From: Mustelus asterias
Lineage: Eukaryota
Length of the DNA stretch: 64,000 bases
Direction of reading: 5' to 3'
NCBI RefSeq assembly: GCF_964213995.1
Contig: NC_135817.1
Span: forward strand, 52,824,001 to 52,888,000
Shown one piece after another: positions 13,690 to 25,500 of this stretch (positions are counted from its first letter, which is position 1; each line of letters starts with the position of its first letter). Made by a program: the position numbers and the translations under genes. The notes below the pieces were generated by a model. That model saw nothing but the letters and a program-made list of their open reading frames with translations, was not told the DNA's origin and made no database searches.

Positions 13690-14335
13690 GAGAGTATAGA
13701 TTCCTTGATTAAGAAGTTCTATTGATCAGCTGAAATTTGCAAATATGGAGCCCTGAAAGACAAGTTCAGGATCATATGGTTACAGGAGTGTTAGAAGAGA
13801 TGTTATCAATTTTTTTGCAATCAAGGGAAGATTTAACACAGCCAAAGGTACTTGGTGGCACATAGAAGTAACAGTGCACCTAACCCGAAACAGAGGAAGA
13901 GAGAAGATAACCACCATTATTGTGTTCCTATTGTGGCATGAACCAGGTGGCACAATGGTTAGCACTGCTGCCTCACAGCGTCAGGGACCTGGGTTCCATT
14001 CCTGGCTTGGGTCACTGTCTGTGCAGAGTCTGCATGTTCTCTCCGTCTCTGCATGCGTTTCCTCCGGGTGCTCCGGTTTCCTCCCACAGTCTGAAAGATA
14101 TGCTGGTTAGGTGCATTGGCCATGTTAAATTCTCCCTCAGTGTACCCAAACAGGTGGAGTGTGGCTACTAGGGGATTTTCACAGTAACTTCATTGCAGTG
14201 TTAATGTAAGCCTACTTGTGACACTAATAAAAAAAGGCAGCATCAATGTGAAGAATGTTCCATTGATAATGTGGAGTGCCATTGCTTCAAGAAGAGAGGC
14301 CATTTGAAATCAGTTTGTCACAGCAAACAGCTCTT
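13690..14335 (+). mobile_element. Ty3/Gypsy gag remnant, interrupted by a SINE
   Basis: Degenerate CKYGALKD..RDHMVTGVL, and a zinc-knuckle-like C..KRGHLKSVC at about 14280-14320. Confidence 0.45.
13946..14236 (+). mobile_element. V-SINE, type B tail (...TTCATTGCAGTGTTAATGTAAGCCTACTTGTGACACTAATAAA)
   Basis: Same head and body as type A, different 3' third. Confidence 0.9.
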
Positions 14336-14521
14336 AACATAGTAACTAAAGGAAAAACAACTAAAATCATGTACCATTCAAGAAGGCATTCAAAATATTG
14401 ATTGAAAGAAACCAGAAGAACAACTTGAGAGAAATTTAAGGATCAAATGGAAACCATTGAAGTACTGATATTATGGTCAACCAACGTAATACAAACTTCA
14501 TATTAGAAGTTTCAACTATTT

Positions 14522-15586
14522 CATGATGTGGGGATGCCGGCGTTGGACTGGGGTGAACAAAGAACAATACAGCACAGGAACAGGCCCTTCGGCCCTCCAA
14601 GCCCGCGCCGCTCCCTGGTCCAAACTAGACCATTCTTTTGTATCCTTCCATTCCCACTCCGTTCATGTGGCTATCAAGATAAGTCTTAAACGTTCCAGTG
14701 TGTCCGCCTCCACCACCTTGCCCGGCAGCGCATTCCAGGCCCCCACCACCCTCTGTGTAAAATACGTCCTTCTGATATCCGTGTTAAACCTCCCCCCTCT
14801 CACCTTGAACCTATGACCCCTCGTGAACGTCATCACCGACCTGGGAAAAAGCTTCCCACCGTTCACCCTATCTATGCCTTTCATAATTTTATACACCTCT
14901 ATTAGGTCACCCCCTCATCCTCAGTCTTTCCAGTGAGAACAACCCCAGTTTACCCAATCTCTCCTCATAACTAAGCCCTTCCATACCAAGCAACATCCTG
15001 GTAAACCTCCTCTGCACTCTCTCTAAAGCCTCCACGTCCTTCTGGTAGTGTGGCGACCAGAACTGGGCGCAGTATTCCAAATGCGGCCGAACCGACGTTC
15101 TATACAACTGCAACATCAGACCCCAACTTTTATACTCTATGCCCCGTCCTATAAAGACAAGCATGCCATATGCCTTCTTCACTACCTTCTCCACCTGTGA
15201 CGTCACCTTCAAGGATCTGTGGACTTGCACACCCAGGTCCCTCTGCGTATCTGCACCCTTCATGGTTCTGCCATTTATCGTATAGCTCCCCCTATGTTAG
15301 TTCTACCAAAATGCACCACTTCACAATTATCTGGATTGAACTCCATCTGCCATTTCTTTGCCCAAATTTCCAGCCTATCTATATCCATCTGTAGCCTCTG
15401 ACAATGTTCCTCACTATCTGCAAGTCCAGCCATTTTCGTGTCGGGTAAGCACAGTAAGAAGTCTCACAGCACCAGGTTAAAGTCCAACAGGTTTATTTGG
15501 AATCACGAGCTTTTGGAGCACTGCTCCTTCATCAGGTGACAGAAAAGCAGCGCTCCGAAAGCTCATGATTCCAAATAAACCTGTTC
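14522..15586 (-). mobile_element. Second Penelope-type terminal element (hammerhead family 2), split by a CR1 insertion
   Basis: The piece 14522-14554 (catgatgtgggatgccggcgttggactggggt) continues at about 15443 (gggtaagcacagtaagaagtctcac...). Inverted copy at 15547-15586. The same terminus recurs at 44209-44249. Confidence 0.7.
14555..15442 (-). mobile_element. CR1 LINE, 5'-truncated (RT C-terminus and 3' UTR)
   Basis: QRDLGVQVHRSLK...VRPHLEYCAQFWSP...YFTQRVVGAWNALP. Confidence 0.95.
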
Positions 15587-15879
15587 AACTATTTCAGACA
15601 GTGATTAAAACCTGACTATCCATTCATTCCCCTGCTGTCCATTCCCCTCTCATTGTTCATTGATGCTCCTCCCCTTGTCCTGTTCATTACCCTTTCCCCT
15701 TCAGTGTTTACTCCCCCTTTCCCCCCTCACTGCATTATTCATTACACCCTTTCCCGCCTCTCTCCCCACACAAACAATTCATGCTCTCTCTCTCTCTTTT
15801 AGACACACGGAGTCTGCTCATAACTTCATACACACTCCCTATCACAATCGACTTTCCCAAACAGCCGCTCCTTATTTTG

Positions 15880-16260
15880 AGAAACTTCCTGTATCGAAAT
15901 TCTTCACTGACACACAGTGAGCAGACACCCACTGTAGCCGGGATATTGTGACCCATTTACGTAGAGCTCTAAGTAGAACGAGGGCAAACGTGACAACAAT
16001 TCACACACACTCAGAAGAGCCTTGCTGCGTGCATGCTGTTTTCGCTATGTGAATTTACATGCTCTATATTCGGCACGTTGCATGAAGTTTCTGTGCCCCG
16101 GCTGATTTCTCCCAATGTCAGACCATTGCAAATGTTAAGAGTGAACCTAAACCACTTCTGCTACTGTTGGTGGTTTGAACCATTTTGATCGCAATTCTGC
16201 TGAAGGCTGCGGTTTGTGTTTCCCAGTTAGCTGACTTGATAAAGCTCGTCTACAGCTGTG
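15880..16260 (+). promoter_or_regulatory. Probable proximal promoter/5' region of the EWI gene
   Basis: Unique sequence directly upstream of the signal exon. ETS site ACTTCCTGT 15884-15892, RUNX-like TGCGGTT 16208-16214, TGATAA 16237-16242, E-box CAGCTG 16253-16258. Short motifs can occur by chance; the TSS is unknown. Confidence 0.35.
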
Positions 16261-16271
16261 TTCTGGTCAAA

Positions 16272-16410
16272 ATAACTTTGACAAAGGGTCATCTGGACTC
16301 GAAATATCAGTTCTTTTCTGTCCTTACAGATGCTGCCAGACCTGCTGAGATTTTCCAGCGTTTTCTCTTTTGGTTTCAGATTCCAGCATCGGCAGTAATT
16401 TGCTTTTATC
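16272..16410 (+). mobile_element. Penelope-type short element with degenerate minimal hammerhead motif; 16-bp TSD
   Basis: CTGTGTTCTGGTCAAA repeated exactly at 16256-16271 and 16411-16426. The body matches the repeats at 2721-2816 and 57083-57308. Confidence 0.8.
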
Positions 16411-16449
16411 CTGTGTTCTGGTCAAATTGCTGTCTGAGCTTGCAATGCG

Positions 16450-16525
16450 ATGGAGCAGCCCAGTTTTAAAGAGAAGTCTCCGAAGATTGGAGTGTTGCTT
16501 GTATTGTCATTGATTCTTTCATTTG
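16450..16525 (+). CDS. CD101: Coding exon 1: signal peptide MEQPSFKEKSPKIGVLLVLSLILSF
   Basis: ATG in strong context (gcgATGg), a hydrophobic core, then a perfect phase-1 donor G|GTGAGT at 16526. It joins exon 2 as ...LILSF-D-SCAA|QREV, with a small-residue cleavage site before the family N-terminus QREV. Too short for the ORF track. Confidence 0.85.
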
Positions 16526-19500
16526 GTGAGTAATCAGTTTTGTTTTGTTGCTATATGGACTCGATGCTATCAATTTCCCTGTTACAAAATGTCACACCTG
16601 ACTCTTAAATCTGTTCCAGAATTGCTGGCTGTAAAAGCCGCTCCCCGTCTCTCAATTGCTCAACTAGAAATGATTAACTTAACCGCAGTTGTGAACGAGC
16701 GCAATAAAGGTGAAAGCTTCCTGTCCTGATCATTGTTTAATACTTCAGAAAAGAAAGATTTGCAATTATATAGCATTGTTCTTGATCTCAAGACTCCAAT
16801 GTGCTTCACATTGAATGAGGTGTAGAATGTACATAGCAAGATTCCACAAGCGGTAGCATGATATTGACTAGTAATCAGTTTCAGTGAACACGATTGCGAC
16901 ATAAGAATGAGTCAGGACAATGGGAAGAACTCCCTTCTTCGGCCATCCACCTGAGAGGGCAGAGTCTATTTGAAAAAAACCACACCCTCTACATTGCAGC
17001 ACTCTGAGGAAGGGTGTCCTTGCTTTAGAGGGAGAGCGGCGAAGGGTTACCAGGGATGGCAGGTCTATCATATGAGGAGAGATTAAGTCGGTTAGGATTA
17101 CATTAATTGGAGTTTAGAAGAGTAAGAGGGGAACTTATAGAAACTTATAAAATTTTAACAGGGTTAGACAGGGTAGATTCAGAAAGAATGTTTCCGATGG
17201 TGGGGAAGACCAGAAGTAGGGGTCATAGTTGAGTAAACCTTTTAGGACTGAGGTTAGGAGAAATTTCTTTACCCGGAGAGTGGTGAATGTGTGGAGTTCA
17301 CTACCATAGAAAGTAGTTGAGGACAAAACGTTGTGTGATTTAAAGAATTAATTAGATATAGCTCTGGTTAGGGTGGGGGCTGGGGTGGGGGGGGGGGTAG
17401 GGGGTTGTAAAGGGATCAAGGGATATGGGGGGGGGGGGATCAGGATATTGAATTCGATGATCAGCCGTGATCATAATGAATGGCGGAGCAGTCTTAAAGG
17501 GCTGAATGGCCGACTCCTGCTTCTAGTTTCAATGTTTCTCCCTCAGTAGGGCACTGAGGTGACAGCTCAGATTGCATGTTCAGATCTCTTCCGTGGGATT
17601 GGAAGTCTTTACCTTTGATTCAGGTGAGAGTGCTTCTCTCTGAAGCATTGGAAAAGATCATTTGGACTATCACATTGCAGTCCAGAGACATTTCGCGTTC
17701 CATAATCTGTGCAATGGATGGCGGTGACCCTCCTGCACAATGGCGACATTACCAAATGTGTGCGATTTGTAAATAAAAACAGCAAATTCTGCAAAACACT
17801 CAATGGGTTAAGCAGTATTTGTAAAGAGGAAACCAGAATTAACATTTGAGGACCTTTTGTTAGCAGTACAATTAGAAATCCCATTCTCAGCTTTGGTATG
17901 TCTGTATTCTGCAAGAATAGAAATCAGACAGGTTCCCTTGTACTCTATTCTCGACATACCTGATTTGTTCCCATGTTCACTGTGCCCAGACCTAGGAAAA
18001 TAACCCTATAACTGTCTGAGTGAGAATGGCCAATTCCTGAAATCTGGAACTAAACCTGTTGAAATAAAAGGCAATGCTGAATAGGTATAATACATCTTCA
18101 GGTTACAAGTCACACTTGTTAGGTGCAGACATATTATACATATTCAGTATTGACCTTTCAGTAATTATGTATGGATTAGGCCTCATTGAACTGGCAGTGA
18201 ATTTGACACTGCAATTATTAACTGTCTTGTTTGAATAACGTTGCACATCGGATGACAAAACGGACAATTATTCTTTGTGCTGTTGTCCGACCAAAACTGA
18301 CAGGAAGTTCCCACATATCATGAACAAAATTACCATATGGGGAACCATTTCTAGATTGAGATAAGATCTCTGGTTTAAGAAAGAATGCTTGTATTTATAT
18401 AGTGCTGTTCATTCCTGTTTCCTACCTACTGACTCCATCCCTCTCTCGAGTAACAGTCTCAGATTAAGCCAGTCTGTTCCTGATCCTGATGTCACATTTG
18501 ATCCGGAGATGACCTTCTGACCTCATATTTGTGCCATCTCTAAGACTACCAGCTTCCACCTCCGTAAGACAGCCTGACTTCACCTCTGTCTAAGCTTATC
18601 TGCTGAAACCCTCATTCCTGCCTTCATCGCCTTTAGACTTGACTATTCCAACACTCCTGACAGGTCTTCCACATTCTACCTTCTGTAAACTTGAGGTCAA
18701 CTAAATCTTAGCTGTCTCGCAGCAAGTCCAGTTTTGCACTCGCTGACCTCCATTGGCACCCAGTCAATCAAAGGATGGATGTTAATATCCCTCAATGGTC
18801 TTGCCTCGCTCCATTTCCATAATCCCTTCCAGTCCCACAACCCTCCAAGATGCCTGCAGTTCAGCCTCTTGTGCATTTCTAGCTATACTTGCTCCACCAT
18901 TGGTGACTATTGCCCAGGCCCCAAGCTCTGGAATTCCCTCCCTACACCTCTGTGTCTCTACCTTGCATTCTTCCTTTAAGACACTCCTTAAAACCTACCT
19001 TTTCTCTAAGCTTTTGATCAGCTGACCTGATATTTCATTGTTTTATGTAATGCTCCTGCGAAGCTCTTTTGGAGAGGTGGTGCAGACTCAATGGTCCTTC
19101 TGCACTGTAAAGATTCTATGGTTCAATTGTACGAAAGGAGCCCTAATTGTTATGGGGAGACTGGGAGGGAGCAGGGGAGGCCAAATGAAGCTGAAGAACG
19201 TGAGAAGGCTGGGGTCATGGAGGTGCTGACAAATTTGATGACAGCCTGCCAGCAGAATAGTCATGGTGGGGATGGCCAGCTTGCTCATGGCTGAGGCGCA
19301 GGTTGTAGATCAGGGCTTGTTCAGCCTCAGCTGGAGCATTGTGTCCCATTCTGCCTGCCACACTTTAGGAGAGATTCAAAGGCGTAGGAGAGAGTGCAGA
19401 AAAGATTCACGAGAATGGTTCCAAGGATGAGGAACTTCAGTTACAAAGATAGATTGGAGAAGCTAGGGCTGTTTTCCTTCGAGAAGAGAAGGCTGAGGGG

Positions 19501-22500
19501 AGCTTCAATAAGGCATTCAAAATCACGAGGGGTCTGGACAAGGGAAATGGTTCCCACTAATGAAAGGATCAAGAATGGAGGGCACAGCTTTAAAGTAATT
19601 GGCAAAAGGAGCCAAAGTGACAGGAAGACTGATCTTTTTGACACAGTGAGTGGTTAAGGTTTGGAATGCACTGCCTGAAAGTGTGGTGGAGGCAGGTTCA
19701 ATTGAAGCATTCAGAGGGGAGTTAGACTGTTATTTGAAAAGGAACAATGTGCAGGGTTATGGGAAAAAGTGGGATAATGGCACAAAGTGAATTGTTCATT
19801 TGGAGAGTGGGTGCAGATACAATCGGCCGAATGGCCTCCCTCTGTGCCTATCAATTCTTAAGGATATAGCCTATAATCCCCAGGAACTCTCAATAGACAC
19901 AACTTCCCCTGCAACTGACACTTTCACTTCTAATTTTTCTAATGACAATCATCAATGATTTCAATTACAGATTTTTTTTATTGAATTCAATTTTCCTCAT
20001 CTGCTGTGGTGTGATTCAAATCTGGGTCTTTAGATAATTAGTCCAGTGACTGTACCACTAAGCCACCGTGGTATTATCACTGGACTAGTAATCCAGAGAC
20101 CCAGCGTAACTGATTCCCACCACGACAGATGGTGAAATTTCAATACAATAAAAATCTGGAATTAAAAGTCTAACGATGACCAGGAGACCATTGTTGATTG
20201 TCATAAATCCATCTGGTTCACTAGCGTCGTTACCCAGTCTGGCCTCACATGAGACTCCAAACCCACAGCAATGTGGTTGACTCTTAAATGCCCTCTAAAA
20301 TGGCCTATCAAATCATTCAGTTCAAGGGCAATTAGGGATGGGCAATAAATGTTGGCCCAGTCAGTGACACCCGCATCCCTTGAATGCATATTAAACAACT
20401 GGAGTTGTTAAATGGACTTGTCAAGCTAATGATTGGCAGCATGGGGTGTAGAATAAATGAGCGGCACTTTAAAATCAGATCAAATATCGAACCTCTCCTG
20501 TGTTCAAATGATCTCACCCCTACCTTGGATTAGTAGAATAATTGAGAGAAGTACTATATTACAAAATCAAGTCCATGCATGCCCACCCAGGGAAGTCAAT
20601 CTAAGTGTAATCAATTCAAAGTTGAATTTAACTCTATTAAGGCAATGATCTGTACTTAATATTTATTATGTAGTTTAAAATTTAGTATGTAGGATGTAAG
20701 TGGGGAAAAATCAGGTCTAAATGAAAACAAAAAGGCCTCTGGGACTATATTACAGTATTTGTTGTTGGAATGGTAGTGTTGATGCCAGTTTATTTACTGT
20801 CTACTCATAAAGTAGGGATATACATCACTATTTTTGCCTTTATATGTTTTCAGCTGTGCCTGTTCACTACACGCATTTCAGAATTTTCTGACTTTAATCG
20901 GAAAGAGAGCACATGACAAAATGCAAATGAATGAAGTATTTATTCCTCTACTGCCACTTCCTTCCCCAACCATAACTGTCACATCAACCAATCTGCTCTT
21001 TCAATAAGCTCTCCCTGTTTCAACAGCCTCCTCCGCACAATAAAGTCATGAATTATCTCATTCTGATTTAAACAGAAATGGTCCTTTCAGATTTTGTAAG
21101 CTCTTGTAGCTGAAAAAATTCTGTGCTCTTGGTGCTGGTTGTGTAACATTGTGGTGTCAGCTCTTGGTGTAACCCACACTGAATGCCTTCTTGGTGAAGG
21201 TGTTCAGCCATTACATGCATTGGTTGGAAGGATGCAGAGTGGGGGGCCTGTTGGCTAAAATCAAGCCCAAGGTGGGGTGCAATCCCTTACCTTGTAAGCT
21301 TGAATCTTGTTTGTCTCTCCAATGGGGATCTTGAATTGGATTCAATTGGATTTTCAATTTGGCTTTTGGAGCAAGCAAGGAATGTATTTGAATCTGACCA
21401 GTCCACTCTGAGCATTGGCTTTGTAACTTTAAGAATGGGTGGCACAGTGGTTAGCACTGCTGCCTCATTGAACTAGAGACCCAGGTTCAATTCCAGCTTC
21501 GGACCACTATCTGTGTGGATTTTGCACGTTTTCCCCGTGTCTGCGTGGGATTCCTCCAGTTGCTCCGGTTTCCTCTCATAGTCCAAAGATGTGTGGGTTA
21601 GGTTGATTGACTAAATTGCCAATTAATGTCAAGGGGATTAGTAGGGTAAATATGTGGGGCTACGGGGATAGGGCCTGGGTAGGGTTGTTGTTGGTGCAGG
21701 CTCAATGGGCCAAATGACGACCTCCTGCACTGTAGGGATTCTAATGGAGTAAAAAAAAATGTTTAAAGTTTGCAGAGTGGGCAGATCAGGCGTCAGTCAA
21801 TGTCTACCACTGAGGCAGACCTGCTATTTTGGGTGTCACCGCTCTAGTTGATGCCTTTTTCTTAAACGCACACAGCTGAAGCTGTGAGTAATGTGAGGGA
21901 CTCCACCACCAGCATTCTTTTAAAAAGATCATGAACAAATTGTAGGTTATGTGGGGAAGATGCTGCTTGTGACTGTGAGAGTTCTAAGTACACCATTTTC
22001 TCCAAAGGAAAGATGAGTTCTCAGCAGAAAAACCACTTGAGGTTTTCCGGCAGGTCCTCCCATACCTAAACCAGGAGCTGAGTGAGTGTTCAGTGGTAGT
22101 GATTCATAAAGGAGAAGGTCACAGAACTCTGCTACCTCTCGGAGCCAGATCTGTAGCCTAAACACAGGGCAAGGTCAATGCCCTGGCCCTTAATTTCTAC
22201 GTGACTGGATCCTTCCAGGCTGGAACAGGCGATATCTAGCTAACATCTCCAAATTCGACATCTATCACTGCATCAGAGAAGTGATGGAGGTTCTGGAGGC
22301 CAGGAGAGGATGGTGTCCTCTGTGAATACAGAGAGGCAGGAGGTGTAGCAAGTGGTTTCCTGGATACTGTCCTTGCTTTGTGGCAGTGTATTGCAATGCT
22401 GAGTTGGGTGGAAACAGTAAAGATTACCTACCGCTAAATGTGAAGTTGTCGTGTGGCCACACCCAGAACCCCATGCTTGTGAGTGCATGCACTCCTGGAA

Positions 22501-25500
22501 GCCATGGTTCATTCACCATTTGGCTGTTCCAGCAATGTGTCAGCCAGCATGACAAACCAGAGGGGGGCTGCTCTGTGTTGAATGCTATCGGCCCAACACC
22601 AGGCTAATGACTACTGTCTGCAACTCGGCCTCATATGGCCCACTCGCAAAATGAGAACCAAGCTGCCATGAAGAACTAGCAATGGTTCTGATGACTCAAT
22701 CTCTCTGGAGGAGCCAGAGTGGGTACTCCAATTCCTGGTGCTCCGTTATATCCTCCAACACCTGACCATCGTGATGTTGGAGTCCTTCCTACCAAGGTTC
22801 AGCGAGAACCTCGAGAGGAAGTGGTGGAGGAGAAGGGGAAAGGAAGAAGGCAGCCGGTATGTTCAAATTCAAGATGGGCTGCCTGTGAGTGTTTCATTTG
22901 ACTTCAGTTCCCATAAATAAACCCCCAGATTCCCTGTTCTTCATGGTTCTCCATTTTACTATCCATCTTGACAGAGCTACACATTCCTCTTGGCACCAAT
23001 CCTGTAAGAAACAACAAAACAATCATTCCATGCAGACTTTATCCAACAAAGCATCAAATAATCTAGACAAAATTCAACCATGCACCCTTGTGCATTCTTG
23101 TGTTTGTCTTGTGGGGGCCTTTGCCTGACTTTGTGCTCCTACACAGTGCTGCTCTAGTGGCTGCAGTGTGGCTGGTGTAAAACTGCTGACTCTCAGCGGA
23201 TGGTTCATGCAGGATGACCCCGAGCAACTTGGGGTGTGGGAGGCTCAGCCTCGGGTGTATGTGTGGCGGCTGCCTGGGCTGGCTGGATAACAAGATGTTC
23301 CAAAGGGACTGGCATAGTGACAGTGCTGGGTGGTGTCAACTTGAGAATGGACAGCAGATTCCTGCTCCATGGAGCCGTTGCCGCTCCTCTGGGCTGCTTC
23401 CTCAGCAATAAGAGGACAGACGGCTGTCAGAGCCTGCCAGCCCCTTTGATTACTGGCATCCGCAGCCATGATGGCCGCAGTCCAAACCTGCCTGGCACCA
23501 AGCTGGGCTTGCACCACCTCAGTCTGAGCTTTCACTGTGGCACGCAGACGTTCGGTGGCTTCTGCTTGTGCTGCAGTGAAAACTGAGGCATTGGCCAGCA
23601 AACACTACATTGTGGGCCAGGACTTTGCACTCCACAAAATGTTCACTGGGAATATAGATCAGTATATAAAGAAGAATTGTAATAAATGAATTCCATTGAT
23701 GGCCAGAAAAGGAGGAAGTTTGTGTTTAATATCTTTGAACCATTTCTTGTATGTTTAGCACCACCTGTTCCATTTGTTTGTGAATTTACCATGGCAACAC
23801 CCTCGACCCTTGTTCTGACATGATCCCTGGGAGCCCAGCAGTTACAAACCATAATGTTGTCAACCCTGCAGTAAATATCCCAGATCGTTGTATGAATCAT
23901 AGATATCATAGAATCCCTACAGTGCAGAAGGAGGCCATTTGGCCCATCGAATCTGCACCGACTCTTACTTTTTGTAAGGTACAAAGTATCTTACCCAGGC
24001 TCACCCTTGTACTATTCCCGTAACCTCACGCATTTGCTCCACTAAGCCCCCTGACATCTTTGGACACTAAGGGGCAATTTAGCATGGCCAATCCATTTAA
24101 CCTGCATGTCTTTGGACTGTGGGAGGAAACCGGAGCACCCAGAGGAAACCCCCACAGATGCAGGGAGAACGTGCAGACTTCACACAGGCCAGAATCGAAC
24201 CCAGGTATCTAGCACTGAGGCAGCTGTGTTAACCACTGTGCCACAGTGCAAAAGTAATTTTAAAAGGAAATTGTGTGTGTATATTTATCATATATAGCCT
24301 ATTAAAGATGGGGTCCTGCCCCAAATAGCTGCTGTACCAATTGGAGAGTTGGCAGCTCAGCAGTGCCACTGGGGGATGTGGCCATTGCTGGAGTTGCATC
24401 TGGAGGAAGAGGATAAAGTACACTGGCCCCTGGACTCCACTTACCTGGTTGTGTCAGGGTCGGTCAGACAGACCCCGGTGTTGGTTGAGGGATGTTGCCA
24501 AAGGCAGAGGGGGTACTGGTGCCACAGAATTGGCCATTGCTCCAAGCTCTTGTGCAAAGCCCTGTGCCAAATTGGAGCCAATCTCCTCCATGACCCTTGA
24601 CAACAGACTTTCTGGCACCAAGTAAGTCTTGTATGGATGCCCATCAAATTTTTACTCCATGTTGTCCCAACAGTACAGCTGGTGAGTTAAATAGAACAGG
24701 ACAATACTGAGAGGTGAAGAGAAACCTTGCCTCAGGAAACCAGTGACTATATTGATTATTAAGTCCAGGAATGTGAAAGAAGGAAGAGTTTGGAGGGAAA
24801 TGACAAGACATCAAACCATGCCAGCGCTGTGATGCCAGACTCATAGGCACGGTGTCCTGCAAGCACTGCAGAATGTTTACTCTGCAAAAGGAACAAACAA
24901 ACGTTTTGGGACAATATGCTGAAGTAAAGTTGCTAACTTTACAGATGTTAAGGAAAAAATCTTCATCCACAAGGCTATTAATGAGGTCGGGGAAGTTCAA
25001 CAAGAGGGACAAAAATGTTTCCTGATTGACGGCACGATGGCACAGTGGTTAGCATTGCTGCCTCACAGTGCCAGGGATCCGGGTTCAATTTCAGCCTTGG
25101 GCACTGTATGTGTGGAATTTACACGTTCTCCCAATGTCTGCGTGGTTTTCCTCTGAGTGCTGCGGTTTCCTCCCACAGTTCAAAGATGTGCGGGTTTGGA
25201 TGATTGGCCATACTAAATTAACCCTAGTGTCAGGTCAATATGAAGGATTACGGGAATGGGGCCTAGGTGGGATTAGGGTCAGTGCAGACTTGATGGGCCG
25301 AATGGTCTCTGTCTGCACTGTAGTTTATGAGTCTAGATTCTGAGATCAGTGACCCCCAAGAACACATTCTAGAATGCAGATGTTTATGTCAATGGACAAA
25401 TTGCCAGATTTAAACTGGATATCAGAGCGTATGTAATGGTCTTATCAGACAAAGAGCCATGGTTATTAACACACTGCCTGAAGCTGACATAAACCCAGTT

